From: Haliotis rubra
Lineage: Eukaryota
Direction of reading: 5' to 3'
DNA: 64,000 nt
NCBI RefSeq assembly: GCF_003918875.1
Contig: NW_025766392.1
Coordinates: 682,001-746,000, forward strand
The number at the start of each line of letters is the position of its first letter. The first letter of the stretch is position 1. A model generated the notes under the pieces. The model was not told the DNA's origin, made no database searches, and saw nothing but the letters and a program-made list of their open reading frames with translations. Shown here piece by piece: positions 24,795 to 38,540 of this stretch. Both the position numbers and the translations under genes were made by a program.

Positions 24795-24945
24795 CTGTTG
24801 ACACATGTCATCATATCCCAAATGCATAGATCGATGCTCATGATGTTGATCACTGGATTGTCTGATCCAAACTGGATTATTTTCACACTGACGCAATATA
24901 GCTGGAATATTGCTGAGTATGGCATTAAACAACAAACAAATAAAT
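24795..24945 (+). mobile_element. Retroposon family B, 5'-truncated
   Basis: GTTGACACATGTCATC...GCTGGAATATTGCTGAG...(AAAC)n. Confidence 0.78.
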
Positions 24946-26714
24946 ACATGTTCAGTCTGTAGCTTAGTCCGTCGTACACACCCTGAAGTAAATATATCCA
25001 AGAAAGCCCACGCAAGTCTAGAAAATGTGGCAAGTTTGGATTTCCTCAGCTTCAGAAAGTCTCAGGGCTCCTTTTCATTATATTTTTTTTTTTTTTACTG
25101 TGAACTTTTTTTCAGTAAAATATGTTCATTTCAGAGACTAGTTGTTAGTCTATCTGTAGCTCTAACCACTCCTCAGAAACCCACGTCTAATAAAACATGA
25201 TTTGGTTTAGTCAACTCAACAGAATATTTTCCACTTCTAAACAATTTATTTTCTGCTGAAAATGATGGCCAAAAAAGTTTATATTGGCACACTGCATTTA
25301 CTATATTTATGCCTTTAATTTAATTATTTGTTGTTATTCATTCTGCACACAGCATTATTCCAGGCGAGTACTGTAGTCTGAGCAGAATTGGATCAGAATG
25401 TTTGGATCAGAAAATCCAGTGATTGTCATATTGAGCATTGATGTATGCTGTTGCATCAAATAAGTTACCAGTAAATAGATTATTTACGCCTGACGATTCT
25501 AAATGTCATTTCTCAGTGTTTTAAGGTTTACTGATTAATGATGTATTGTTTTCAAGTTTTATAGATAGAACTGCATGAATTTGGTGGCATAATATTTTCA
25601 TGATTAATCCAAATATTTACCAGTAACTGGAATGCAGTGAAACACAATAAAAGACAAATAACATCACACATGCAATATTATATTTACTGGAACCCTGTTA
25701 TATGCTGTGATAAAAACAAAATATCATAAATAAATGACATCTCACATGCAATCTTTTATTCACTTCAAACAAATGTTATGAAATAATTTTACAAGTCTAC
25801 TTTCAAAATAAGGACAATGTGTTTAAACCATTAAGTCATAAATCCTCCAGGAAGTTATGAGATGCTACAACTATGTTATAATGATTAACCTGGATGCACA
25901 TGTTATCAAGTGTATAACAATGTTATAGCACTTCAAGCACATGCCATAAAGTGTTACAAAGTTGCATTGATTTTATTTTTGAGTAATTTTCAAGAAGTGA
26001 TGTATCTCACAGAGCTGAGGTTGGTGAAGGCATTAGGCGCGATAATGCCTGTATCACTACTGAGCACATACAGATGTCCTTGAAGACAACATTTATCGTG
26101 CCATAAACTTAATTGACTGGGAAGCGATTAAACTGGTACAGAGAGATGCAGCTTTTTTCTCTTACAAAAAAACGGTTAGCTCCAGCAGGGTCTATTGTCG
26201 TCTTGTCATTTTATTGTGCTGTGTGTGTATTGAGTAAGCAGTTGCCAATAATAATGCATTTAGCAAGCTGTCAGTCTGTTAAATCATGCCAGTCCATGTT
26301 TATTTTATAAAACAGCGTGTTAAAATTTAAGGGAAAACTGTTTGTGAAATTGTGTTTTTCAACATTTTTTCAAGATAATGTTAACAGGGTTTTTTCGTGT
26401 GATATCATTCCATGGAGAAGGAAGTACTGCTGTGTTCAAACGTCCTGCGGCTATGTTTATTAAAAGTGTTATCATGTGATAACATGTTGCGAATATCACG
26501 AAAGTATGAGATGCTGAGGTGTCAAGTTTCATGGAGAGTATGATATATGTGATGTGAGGTGAAATTGGGTTTAAAGTTTAAGATTCTTGCACTTTATACA
26601 GCAATGTGCACATACTTTTGTATGGCTTTTGCAGTCCAGACTTATGCCAGCATTTTTGTGCAAGCATACTGAGATATTATTCTCACGTTTTAACATTTAT
26701 ACTCCATTTAGACA

Positions 26715-27080
26715 AACCTGTAAGATCCGGTTTACAATTGATCTTCAGTAATCCATGCTTGAAAACTGTATTAGTATCTATACCAAAACGTCGCTATTAT
26801 ACAATAAAGAATTTGATCATCCATAAAGACTTGTCATTCCTATTACTTACAACTTCTAGAATGCCTCTCAAACAGTTTAACCCATGTTTGTTGTAAGACG
26901 AACGGGATCGGGTGGTCAGGCTCGTTGACTTGGTTGACACAGGTCATCATATCCCAATTGCGTAGATCAATGTTCATACTGTGATCATTGGATTGTCTGG
27001 TCTGAACCCGATTATTCACAGACAGCCACCATATAACTGGAATATTACTGAGTGTGGCGTAAAACTAAACTTACTCACCC
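26715..27080 (+). mobile_element. Retroposon family B with internal insertion
   Basis: 5' motif at 26715-26760; body resumes at ~26880 and runs to the tail. A degenerate family C fragment (-) follows at ~27090-27250. Confidence 0.75.
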
Positions 27081-27996
27081 AATTTAAACATAGTATACTG
27101 ACTCCGAACTGACCAGTCCTTACAGTATCATGTTAATGCTGAGTGCCGGGCAGGTACCAAGTCTTATGGTGCCTTCTGTTATTACACGATTGGGTGATAA
27201 CCACCAACGTTCCACTTTCAAGCACACTCTCAATCCACCAGACCATGTGGGTGGTCACTGGGTATAAGCAGAATGTGGCCTCAAAATATTTATGTGAGGA
27301 AAGTTCCACGAACCGTAAATAGTGAAGTCACATGACTGGCTGTGACCAATTATCAGTAATCTTTTACCACAGAGGAAAACAGCAATATCACCACACCTAT
27401 GACCATTTCATGGAACTCTTTGAACTGCTTTGCAAAGTATGGCACCATTTGCATTAGACTTTCGCCTGTCTTATCTTTCCGTCACGGCAATTGAGAATTG
27501 TCTCATAAAATTGTGGTCCTTTGAGAAGAGGACATAAAAAAGATATTTCAGCTACATTTTTCTGGTTCTTACATTGGCTGGAATTGATCCCATTCAGGAT
27601 ATAATGGCTCATAACAGTTATGTCAGCTGTGAAATATAGATGGTGTCTACAGTTTGTCTTACATTGTGTGAAAATAATCCCATCTGGGATATAAAGGCTC
27701 ATAATGATCATATCAAGAGTGTTTATACAGATATAATCTGATAATGCCAGAAAAGGCAAGTTTCAAATTCTGAAGAATGGAACAAAGTTTAGGTTTGGGT
27801 GAATTTCGAGGTATATTTGTATTAATCACTGTTGAGCTAAATTGTTCTTTTATGGGAACTGAAGCCTCAGTGGTATTGACTAGACATACGGGTTATATGT
27901 GAAGGTGTTTCCATTGACTCTTGTACCTGACTGTAAAATATGTGTCGGTTACAGTGATGGGCAGGTTTAAGAAATATGTGCACGTTCCCATATAGC

Positions 27997-28202
27997 AGGG
28001 GCGGTGGGGTAGCGCAGTGGTTAAAACGTCTGCTCATCACGCTGAAGACCCAGTTCGATTCCCCACATGGTTACAATGTGTGAAGCCCATTTCTGGTCTC
28101 CCCCACCATGATATTGCTGGAATATTGCTAAAAGCGGCGTAAAACCATACTCACTCACTCTCATTCACTCACTCACTCACTCACTCACTCACTCACTCAC
28201 TC
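27997..28202 (+). mobile_element. SINE family A with expanded (CACT)n tail
   Basis: Full head and tail. TSD ATATAGCA. Confidence 0.88.
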
Positions 28203-29159
28203 CTATATAGCACTCATAATCATTTGTGTCGATCACAATAGTCTCCTGTAAGTTTCACTTAGTAAGTGAGTGTTGGGTTTTAAACGATGTTTCACACATT
28301 TAAGTTAGACACTAGACATTTGGCATTCTCAGGTTTTAAGCGTTGTTAAGCTGCCATGTTAAATGCTCCAAACCTGATTTTGAAAATGATTTCTGAACTT
28401 TTAGCTTTCATAAAATGCATTAATTTATCAGAAGAAAACAGAAACACATTTTGACAAAAAGATCATCAATAGTTTGTGGACCATGAGGTTATCCGTTTCT
28501 CACTGTTTTCCTGACAACTGACAATGTGTATAAAACTCCCAGGTACTCAAGGTTCTAACAGTGAAGGCTACAGCCCCATGGTATGGTGTTCTCAGTCAGA
28601 CCATAGTAAATGGCACCAGTCGTTCACTGAAGACCACCATTATTCTGATGAACAGGATGCTTGCCATGCCAGTCTACCCACCTCCAACCTAGGAGATTTC
28701 CCAGCAGGGAAACAATCTCTCTGATCCAGCCACTTGGCAAGCTGGAACCCTCACTTTCGAGGTAATAAGTGTCATGGATCGTGGTACATTCCGACAATGG
28801 TGTATACAAGTAGATTTTCTCTCCGGGGTAGCCTGTTGGTATCTGTGAGGTCTGAAGAGAAACACCTGAAGATCCTTCCTATAGTCCCGTGAGGACAACT
28901 TACAACAGCCACCCCCTGCATTGCTGATCCTTGCCCTTTGAGGGGATGCAAATAGTGTACAAGGAAGGGTCAGAATGCACTTTGAATTGTTACTTCTAAG
29001 GACAAGTCCAGGAATTTCGAAGGTTGCATGTTTTTACAATGTGCACTTGTCACTCTGCCAACTGGGTTTTGTTGTTGTGTCTATTAAAGCCTTCCACACA
29101 TTTTGTCCCTAGATTTGATGTTCAAGTGTTTGAAAGGCACATTCCTTCCTCTGAATGGA

Positions 29160-29170
29160 ACATCATCATC

Positions 29171-29201
<31 letters not shown>

Positions 29202-29235
29202 GTCGTCTTCGTCGTCGTAGTTATCATCATCATCT
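29160..29235. repeat. (CAT)n/(CGT)n microsatellite
   Basis: Direct reading. Confidence 0.9.
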
Positions 29236-29241
29236 ACGTGT

Positions 29242-29405
29242 GCGGTGGGTTAGCCTATTGGTTAAAGCGTCCGCATGTCATGCTGAAGAGTTTGATTCCT
29301 GACATGGGTACAATGTGTGAAGCCCATTCTGGTGTACTGGTGATATTTTTGAAATATTGCTAAAAGTGGCGGAAACCCACACCTCACTCATCAACCCACT
29401 CACTG
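29242..29405 (+). mobile_element. SINE family A, degenerate
   Basis: GCGGTGGGTTAGCCTATTGGTTAAAGCG...AATATTGCTAAAAGTGGCGG. Confidence 0.75.
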
Positions 29406-29444
29406 GTTATTCTTGGTCTTCACTTGTTGTGGGGGGCAACTTTC

Positions 29445-30990
29445 ACTTCCACACCAACCAAACTTCCACACCAACCTCAGACACCCACTCACCACCAAAA
29501 CTCACTTCCACACCAACCAAAACTAACTCAGACACCCACTCACCACCAAAACTCACTCTCACACCAACCAAAACTAACTCAGGCATCCACTCACCACCAA
29601 AACTCACTTCCACACCAACCAAAACTAACTCAGACACCCACTCACCACCAAAACTCACTTCCACACCAACCAAAACTAACTCAGACACCCACTCACCACC
29701 AAGACTCACTTCCACACCAACCAAAACTAACTCAGACACCCACTCACCAACAAAACTCACTCCCACACCAACCAAAACTAACTCAGACACCCACTCACCA
29801 CCAAAACTCACTCTCACACCAACCAAAACTAACTCAGGCATCCACTCACCACCAAAACTCACTTCCACACCAACCAAAACTAACTCGGACACCCACTCAC
29901 CACCAAGACTCACTTCCACACCAACCAAAACTAACTCAGACACCCACTCACCACCAAGACTCACTTCCACACCAACCAAAACTAACTCAGACACCCACTC
30001 ACCAACAAAACTCACTCCCACACCAACCAAAACTAACTCAGACACCCACTCACCACCAAAACTCACTTCCACACCAACCAAAACTAACTCAGACACCCAC
30101 TCACCACCAAAACTCACTTCCACACCAACCAAAACTAACTCAGACATCCACTCACCACCAAAACTCACTTCCACACCAACCAAAACTAACTCAGACACCC
30201 ACTCACCACCAAAACTCACTTCCACACCAACCAAAACTAACTCAGACACCCACTCACCACCAAACTCACTTCCACACCAACCAAAACTAACTCAGACACC
30301 CACTCACCACCAAAACTCACTTCCACACCAACCAAAACTAACTCAGACACCCACTCACCACCAAAACTCACTTCCACACCAACCAAAACTAACACAGACA
30401 CCCACTCACCACCAAAACTCACTTCCACACCAACCAAAACTAACTCAGACACCCACTCACCACCAAAACTCACTTCCACACCAACCAAAACTAACTCAGA
30501 CACCCACTCACCACCAAAACTCACTTCACACCAACCAAAACTAACACAGACACCCACTCACCACCAAAACTCACTTCCACACCAACCAAAACTAACACAG
30601 ACACCCACTCACCACCAAAACTCACTTCCACACCAACCAAAACTAACTCAGACACCCACTCACCACCAAAACTCACTTCCACACCAACCAAAACTAACTC
30701 AGACACCCACTCACCACCAAAACTCACTTCCACACCAACCAAAACTAACACAGACACCCACTCACCACCAAAACTCACTTCCACACCAACCAAAACTAAC
30801 TCAGACACCCACTCACCACCAAAACTCACTTCCACACCAACCAAAACTAACTCAGACACCCACTCACCACCAAAACTCACTTCCACACCAACCAAAACTA
30901 ACTCAGACACCCACTCACCACCAAAACTCACTCCCACGCATGCACACACACATACACACAACTATCACCACCAAAACTCACTCCCACGCA
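29445..30990. repeat. 51-bp minisatellite, ~30 units
   Basis: Unit CTCACTTCCACACCAACCAAAACTAACTCAGACACCCACTCACCACCAAAA. Explains the long ORFs on both strands. Confidence 0.95.
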
Positions 30991-31275
30991 CACGCATGCA
31001 CACCCACCCACCCACCACCACCACCACAAAAACTAACACACCCATCTACCCACCAACACTTTCAGTGTGAGCAACTGACAAGCTGATTACTGTAGAAGGA
31101 TATCATTGGAGATAGATATTGCTTCTGTAAATTACAAGTCATGTTGGTAGGCTCTTCTGAAGCAGCATCTGAACTTAAAGCTGACATCCCATTGTGTTAC
31201 CAAAATAAACTTCCAAACAGCATCAACCCCATGCACGTCACTCACTAACTCAACACAGTGCCCTCAAGACATGTA

Positions 31276-31440
31276 AGTGAGTGAGTATGGTTTTATGCCG
31301 CTTTTAGCAATATTCAAGCAATATCATGGCGGGGGACACCAGAAATGGGCTTCACACATTGTACCCATGTGGGGAGTCGAACCCGGGTCTTCGGTGTGAC
31401 GAACTAACGCTTTAACCACTAGGCTACCCCACTGTTCCCC
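31276..31440 (-). mobile_element. SINE family A
   Basis: Full head and tail on the minus strand. Confidence 0.87.
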
Positions 31441-32559
31441 CCCACATGTGTTTACTTCACAAGGCTGGAATATTAAGAGATTGTGTTACAGCATACAGAG
31501 TCAGGCTATACTTATCTTTGCTCATGTCATGTACTGGAAAACATTATGGCTTACAGTTTTAAAAATTTTATTCTCTGTTGTTAAAAAAAATTACCTATAT
31601 TTAGCCAACTGAGCTGTGCTTCAAAGAACCCCAGCTGGTCACATGATCTTAGCCCTAGCAATCTATCGTGAAATGACTTGGTGAATACTTTGAGGCTCTG
31701 AAACCTGCTTTAGTTTTATACTGAGCCCATGTCCTTTATTACTTCCCTTTGCCATACATGTTGTCTAGTGTAGGATGGCCTCCATGTTTAAGTGTTCCCG
31801 GAAAACACAAGAAAAACTCTCCCCAATCACTAGCCGCTTGAGTGAGTCTAAATGAACCTCGACATCGCCAAGTAAACTCTGAAGGAGACAAAGAGAAATC
31901 AAGATGTCCTGGACGCCAGGATGTGGTATGGCATCCAAATACACCCACACACTGGATCAGCTTTATCCAAATTAAAATTGGGGATAATTTCATTCTGCAG
32001 GGATGTTATGCTGTGAGGATAGATGGTTTTGTAACATGATGATATTGCAGGGAAAGTTGTTTTAGTTTATCCAAACCATGTGACGGTAATTCTAAACTAT
32101 TGATAATTTATATATTTACAAAGTTTTAGCCAAATGTAACGAAATATTGCAAATGATATTTAACCTTAATCACTATTTTTATAAACAATATTATTGGTTA
32201 CATTACTATCATTACCATTATAATTACCATTGGGAGTCAGAAAAAAAATTAATGAAAGGTTTTCAATTTCATTTTTCAGGATTTTTATGTGGGAAGTCAC
32301 AGTAATTTTTAGTTTGGCTACAATATATATTCAACAAAAGTCACTCAAAACTATTTAATGAAAAGTCTGAAATCCCTTAAGTCAACAGTTTATTGTTATG
32401 AAAGTAAAAAAATGAAAAAGGTAATGTTCACTTTATCCAGCCAGTTACATGTTTATACTTTGTCAATACAAGACTTAAGTTAAGTAAAAAATATACAGGA
32501 TTTTTTTTTCATTCAATCAAGAGCTATAATAATGAAAACTGCTGAGATCAGCTTTGGAC

Positions 32560-32722
32560 ATTCACTCACTCACTCACTCACTCACTCACTCACTCACACA
32601 CTCACTCACTCACCCACACTCTCCTCACTCACTTCACTCACTCACTCACTCTCACTCACTCACTCACTCACTCACTCACTCACTCCTCACTCACTCACTC
32701 ACTCACTCACTCACTCACTCAT
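32560..32722. repeat. (CACT)n microsatellite
   Basis: Direct reading. Same motif as the SINE A and family B tails. Confidence 0.92.
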
Positions 32723-35700
32723 CTCCTGTCCACTCCACCTCACTCATCCCCCCCTTCACACACCCAGGTTCCAGAATGCGGAGTCATCTTGTCTTGACTC
32801 TCTCAGTCTTCAAGGGAGTTACATGCATATATTAAGGGCATTTTTCTAATAGTCATGACGATCAGTTGACTTGCATTACGTCAAATCGACCCAACTGCAA
32901 AGTATTTTCAACACAGTGTGTGTCAAATATGCTAGATTTCTGCATAAAGGCCCTGACCACCAAAACTCTTTCATTCAAAGACCAGCTGACCACCCGCCCT
33001 AAGTAACTGACATGCAGAATACTGTGTAGGTATATCATGAGATATCAGATGTCGCTTCTTGATTAGAATACACATGTTGGTTGGCACTCCTAAAGCCAGG
33101 TCCATCTACGTTTCCCTTCTAAACATTGGTTAATCCCTCCCTGGATATTGCCAGGCAGACCCACAGTGCCAGTTGAGCATAGGGCAGGTTGATTATGTTC
33201 CTCTCTGATTTTATCAGGTGACGCTTCTGGAAAACATGTATCCTGCTTCTCTTCTGTACATGTAAACATTTGTTGTTTGAAAGACACTAATAGTTGGTAA
33301 AACCCAGGTAGGATTGGGTTCCTAAACTATGGTTTGTGGAGCGAAACCTGACCGGAGAGGTGGCATTTGTCAGTGCCAGTCTTCACCTAATGTTGATCTT
33401 GTGAAAACACTAAGGACCTCACTGCAGAATTGGTTGATTCTGATGTGAAGGGATTTAAAGGGGCATCGCATATTTGGGGGAAAATTTGCTGTTTATGAAT
33501 GATAGTACAACAGCTACCAAATGCCACTTAAAGTTACTCTTTATTTTCTGATAATTCAGCATACAAACATCACATCCCAAATTGTTAAACATTATCTTAG
33601 CAGAATGCAGTATTCCTTAAAGATTTGTAGCTGGGGTGATTTCCTGATCAACAACATTTGTAGCATGGGTGGCCCAGTGCTCTAAGTTGCCAAATGTTTT
33701 TCAAGCAGAGTTGTATCCCTTACCTGTAACAGGATCTGAGGATTTACCATTATTGGGATTCAGTGCCATACCAGTCATAGTAAAGAGTCTGTCAGTTCAG
33801 TGACACTTTTCGCCAAAATATAGCTGACAAACGTTACTAACAGAGGCAAATAAATCAAATAAATCGCTCATTCACTTATTTGGGTAAACAATCACACAGT
33901 TTCTCTGTAAAATAGTATATTATAAGTATCATATTGTACTGTTTTGTATTTTGACCAGTGTTACAATTCTGTAGAGGTATTCTATTCATTTTACAACTTG
34001 TTGCAAGAAAACATTCTTTCAACAACAGGTTACATTGAATGTGCTATGGCATAGCATTCCTCGGTTTCAGTTGATAAAACTTCAAAGTCAAGGTTTGGAG
34101 GTCTCTTGAGTTATTAAAATATGAGAAATCCATGAACAGCTTGTATGTTTATTATTTTGACGTTGATAATGATGTTGATAACTTGTCTCTGAATACATCA
34201 TGTCTCTTTATTCAGACAATCTGCACCTGGCCGTGTGTTTATAATTTCTCCCATCATGCAATGTTCATTCTCAGCTGTTTCCTCCTCGATCTCACATCTA
34301 GTGCAGCTTAGCAGTTCCAGGGACCCTTTAAAGAATTCGGTACCTTACTTGTTAATGCATGTCTTGGAGAGCAGTCAAGGAATTGTTCTCCACCCTGCAG
34401 AATCCATTTTATCGCTATACAACTGCCCCCAGTTAAGTAAGTTATCAATGAATTGGCAGGCATGTCAGAGGAAATCCACACATTCCTCCCATATCTGTAT
34501 ATTTATATAAGGTAATGGATGTTGGCTTTAAAAATATAGATTTCTTGTGTAAATTTGCCTCGAATCATGCTAGGCGTCAATGGTTCTTGCATAAAGAAAT
34601 CATTTCAACATGCTTTGTGCATTTCACACTAAGGATAATGCAATAAATTGCAGGAATGAACCAGACCATGGGGAAATGATGACAAATTTAGCAAGACAGG
34701 TTACCACCGATTTCAGATGTCAAATATTTGCACAGCGACAAACATGAATCAAGTTCCAGAAGAACGTTAATTTTCATTTGGTAGAGAAAGTCTTGCTAGG
34801 AAGCAAATCTAACAAATGAAATTCTAATTTTCATTATTGTGATTAGTCATGCCTTGAAATAAATGTTGATCATGTAAATAACTTGAGTGATGGAGCCATA
34901 TTTTCTCCTTTAAGAAACTGGGAACAGTTGACAATTTCAGTGCTCCTATATCACATTCAAAATGTTTATTTTTATAGAAATTCAAACTCCATGTTCTAGT
35001 AAGAGCAATTTGCCACTTTTTGAAGCAGTAAATTATAGCCAATTCAGAGAAGTCAAATAACTTTTTACAAGGATGCTTGTTGACAAAGAGAACCATAGGT
35101 ATTAAAAACTCATTATCTTAATTGATGACATTCATTTAACAAGGATGCCTCATCGGTGGTAGGCCTCAGTGGTACACTCTGGGGGGCAGGACGTGAAAGT
35201 CTATCTGCTTGGAGAGCATCTGTTAATAGGGGGGTGTTTACAAGTCTTGTTCACAATGAGAACTAAAATGTCCTATAGTATTCCCATGGAGGCTACTGCA
35301 AAATAGATAAGACTCTGGCCCATTCTATAAACAATGTAGCAATGTTTGGCAGAGAGGAGGGAGAAACAGCACTGTTCCTGCCATAACACCCTGTGCTATA
35401 ACAGCTCGTATCACATGCTAGGGAATATGGACCATGGGCTGGTTTCGGAACTGCGTAGGAATTAGTGAGTATTGATCCTATTGTAGGGATTGTGACATCT
35501 GTGTGACAATGACAAATCAGGGTTTGATGCATGAAGTGCATGTTTTCTGTTTGGAGATTGCGTTATTCTCAAGAGAAGATCACAGCTATTTGCTACTTGA
35601 TCTTTCTCCATGTTGGCAGACTGCCAGAAAGGCCTGAAGTTGAAGCTTCAATACAAAGTAGTTCTAGTTATTGATAATCAAGCACACCTCACTTATATTA

Positions 35701-36001
35701 ACTTCTTTATGATGTAGTTGCGTGTTAACATTAGATAATTACAGAAAAACTTTGCATCGTTTTGATAGCATTATCTTCAAGGGTGGAATACCTGATGTAT
35801 TACATGCCCCAGGGTGATAAGACTGATTATATGGTTGTTAATTTCTGTGAAATACTGCATTTGTGAATGAAAATGGCTAATTTCAGATACACTATAATTA
35901 CTACTGTGTTGGCCAAACTAATTGGTCGCTATTATTATTTATTGATCAGTATGTATCTTTGTATGGTATTGTATTGGATGCTAACTCAGCAAGTCTCTGT
36001 T

Positions 36002-37256
36002 AGGGTAATGGGGTAGCCTACTGGTTGAAGAGTTTACTTGAGTTTACTCACTCTAAGGTGAATAGGGCGATGGGCTAGCTTGCTGGTTGAAGAGTTTACT
36101 TGAGTTTACTCACTCTAAGGTGAACAGGGCGATGGGGTAGCTTACTGGTTGAAGAGTTTACTTGAGTTTACTCACTCTAAGGTGAACAGGGCGATGGGGT
36201 AGCTTACTGGTTGAAGAGTTTACTTGAGTTTACTCACTCTATGGTGAACAGGGCGATCTGAAGAGTTTACTTGAGTTTACTCACTCCTAAGGTGAACAGG
36301 GCGATGGGGTAGCTTACTGGTTGAAGAGTTTACTTGAGTTTACTCACTCCTAGGTGAATAGGGCGATGGGGTAGCTTACTGGTTGAAGAGTTTACTTGAG
36401 TTTACTCACCTAAGGTGAGTTTACTGGTTGAAGAGTTTACTTGAGTTTACTCACCTAAGGTGAACAGGGCGATGGGGTAGCTTACTGGTTGAAGAGTTTA
36501 CCTGAGTTTACTCTAAGGTGAGTTTACTCACTCTAAGGTGAATAGAGGCGATGGGGTAGCTAGCTTACTGGTTGAAGAGTTTACTTGAGTTTACTCACAC
36601 CTAAGGTGAACAGGGCGATGGGGTAGCTTACTGGTTGAAGAGTTTACTTGAGTTTACTTGAGTTTACTCACTCTAAGGTGAACAGGGCGATGGGGTAGCT
36701 TACTGGTTGAAGAGTTTACTCTAAGGTGACTTGAGTTTACTCCACTCTGAAGAGTTTACTTGAGTTTACTCACCTAAGGTGAATAGGGCGATGGGGTAGC
36801 TTACTGGTTGAAGAGTTTACTTGAGTTTACTCACTCTAAGGTGAACAGGGCGATGGGGTAGCTTACTGGTTGAAGAGTTTACCTGAGTTTACTTGAGTTT
36901 ACTCACTCTAAGGTGAATAGGGCGATGGGGTAGCTTACTGGTTGAAGAGTTTACTTGAGTTTACTCACTCTAAGGTGAACAGGGCGATGGGGTAGCTTAC
37001 TGGTTGAAGAGTTTACTTGAGTTTACTTGAGTTTACTCACTCTAAGGTGAACAGGGCGATGGGGTAGCTTACTGGTTGAAGAGTTTACTTGAGTTTACTC
37101 ACTCTAAGGTGAACAGGGCGATGGGGTAGCTTACTGGTTGAAGAGTTTACTTGAGTTTACTCACTCTAAGGTGAATAGGGCAGATTGGTAGCTTACTGGT
37201 TGAAGAGTTTACTTGAGTTTACTCACTCTAAGGTGAACAAGGCGATGGGGTAGCTT
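36002..37256. repeat. 62-bp minisatellite derived from a SINE A 5' head, ~20 units
   Basis: Unit GGGCGATGGGGTAGCTTACTGGTTGAAGAGTTTACTTGAGTTTACTCACTCTAAGGTGAACA. The first ~38 bp align to SINE A GGGCGGTGGGGTAGCCTAGTGGTTAAAGCGTTCGCTCG. Confidence 0.9.
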
Positions 37257-37335
37257 CCACAAAAATGGAATATCAGTGGGGTACACAAAGTCTGCAGTCT
37301 AGACTACCAGTTGTCCGACTTCCATTTTTGTTGAA

Positions 37336-37426
37336 GCCGCGGTGGCTGAGCGGTCTAGGCATCTGACTTTGTGTGCTGGCGATTAGGTGCCTGACTCTGA
37401 GGGTGTGGGTTCGAATCCCGGATGGG
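37336..37426 (+). mobile_element. tRNA-like SINE head (family E)
   Basis: A box TGGCTGAGCGG and B box GGTTCGAATCCC. The 3' part is shared with 7888-7918. No complete acceptor stem. Confidence 0.6.
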
Positions 37427-37702
37427 TTTAACGTCGTGCTTGTATTAGCTTAGACTTAAGCTGGTTTTATAGTGCTAGCCCACTGAGATACCATGCCGCA
37501 GTGAAGCATGAATACCCCACTCAGACACATTATACTGACTCCGAGCCGAACAGTCCTTGTTGTACCCATTAATGCCGAGTGCCAGGCAGGGACCAACAAG
37601 TACCATATTTTAACGTCTTTTGGTATGACGCGGTCGGGGATCGAACCCGCGACCTTCCGCTCTCCGGGCGGACGCTCTAACCACTACACCACGGAGGTGG
37701 TC
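37424..37702 (-). mobile_element. SINE family C (Meta/MESC-type) with a deletion near the 3' end
   Basis: Reverse complement of 2713-3069 with high identity. The segment between two CAAGCA repeats is deleted. Confidence 0.88.
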
Positions 37703-37737
37703 CAGTATGCACTGGAAATTATGGTCTGTCATGATTT

Positions 37738-37932
37738 ATGTTTGTTTGTTGTTTAACACCACACTTAGATATTCCAGCTATATGGCGACTGTCTGTAAAT
37801 AATCGAGTCTGCACCAGATAATCCAGTGATCAACAAAATGAGCATCAATCTACACAGTTGGAATACGATGACATGTGTTAACCAAGTCAGCGAGCCTGAC
37901 CACCTGATTTGGTTAGTTGCCTCTTACGACTA
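37738..37932 (-). mobile_element. Retroposon family B, 5'-truncated
   Basis: Tail and body through GCCTCTTACGAC on the minus strand. Confidence 0.8.
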
Positions 37933-38375
37933 ACCAGTTAGTTTTGAGGCTAGTTATTTAACAGATAAAGATTATAGAATGATTGGTCTGGAAGTTGGTC
38001 AAAGGAAGAGTGTGGTGTAGGGGACACATGCTATTTTTAAATGAATCGTGATAGTAACTGTATTCATTGAAAATTTTAACATAGTCTGTAAGTTGAGGCT
38101 ACATTAATGTTTCATGTAGAAAGTGCAAGGTATATGTTTTTTGACCATCGACACAGGCATGATTTAGAAAACTCCTGGTGCCCTGTACCCAGAAAATCAA
38201 ATGGCTGCTCCCTCATACTGTTAAATGGAAGTGTGGGTTAAAAATATATTGTGTTACTGGTTGAAAAAATCTGAAATGAACTATTTATTAATAATTCAAC
38301 ACCCTTGAATGTGTCAGACATAGAATACAAACCTTTAGCTTTATAACCAGCATATTGCTATAGCTGTGGGGGACA

Positions 38376-38540
38376 GGGTGGTGGGGTAGCCTAGTGGTTA
38401 AAGCATTCGCTCGTCATGCCGAAGACCTGGGTTCGATTCCTCATATGAGTACAATGTGTGAGGCCACATTTCTGGTGTACCCCGCCATGATATTGCTGGA
38501 ATATTGCTAAACACGGCATAAAGCCAACTCACTCATTCAC
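38376..38540 (+). mobile_element. SINE family A
   Basis: Head and tail with CpG decay. Confidence 0.85.

Noticed and set aside
24521-25033. 170-aa minus-strand ORF
   Set aside because: It runs through a family B retroposon and AT-rich intron-like DNA, with no domain features.
29357-30961. Long ORFs (395, 288 and 268 aa; mucin-like T/S/P repeats)
   Set aside because: They are products of a 51-bp (multiple-of-three) minisatellite open in several frames on both strands, and the start lies within a SINE.
34230-34480. Minus-strand CTRCEIEEETAENEHC resembling a LINE C-terminal zinc knuckle
   Set aside because: An isolated motif surrounded by stops, too weak to call.
36002-37256. CRISPR-like appearance of regular repeats (also 50900-51868 and 10384-11410)
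   Set aside because: The units are contiguous with no unique spacers, there are no cas genes, and the context is eukaryotic.
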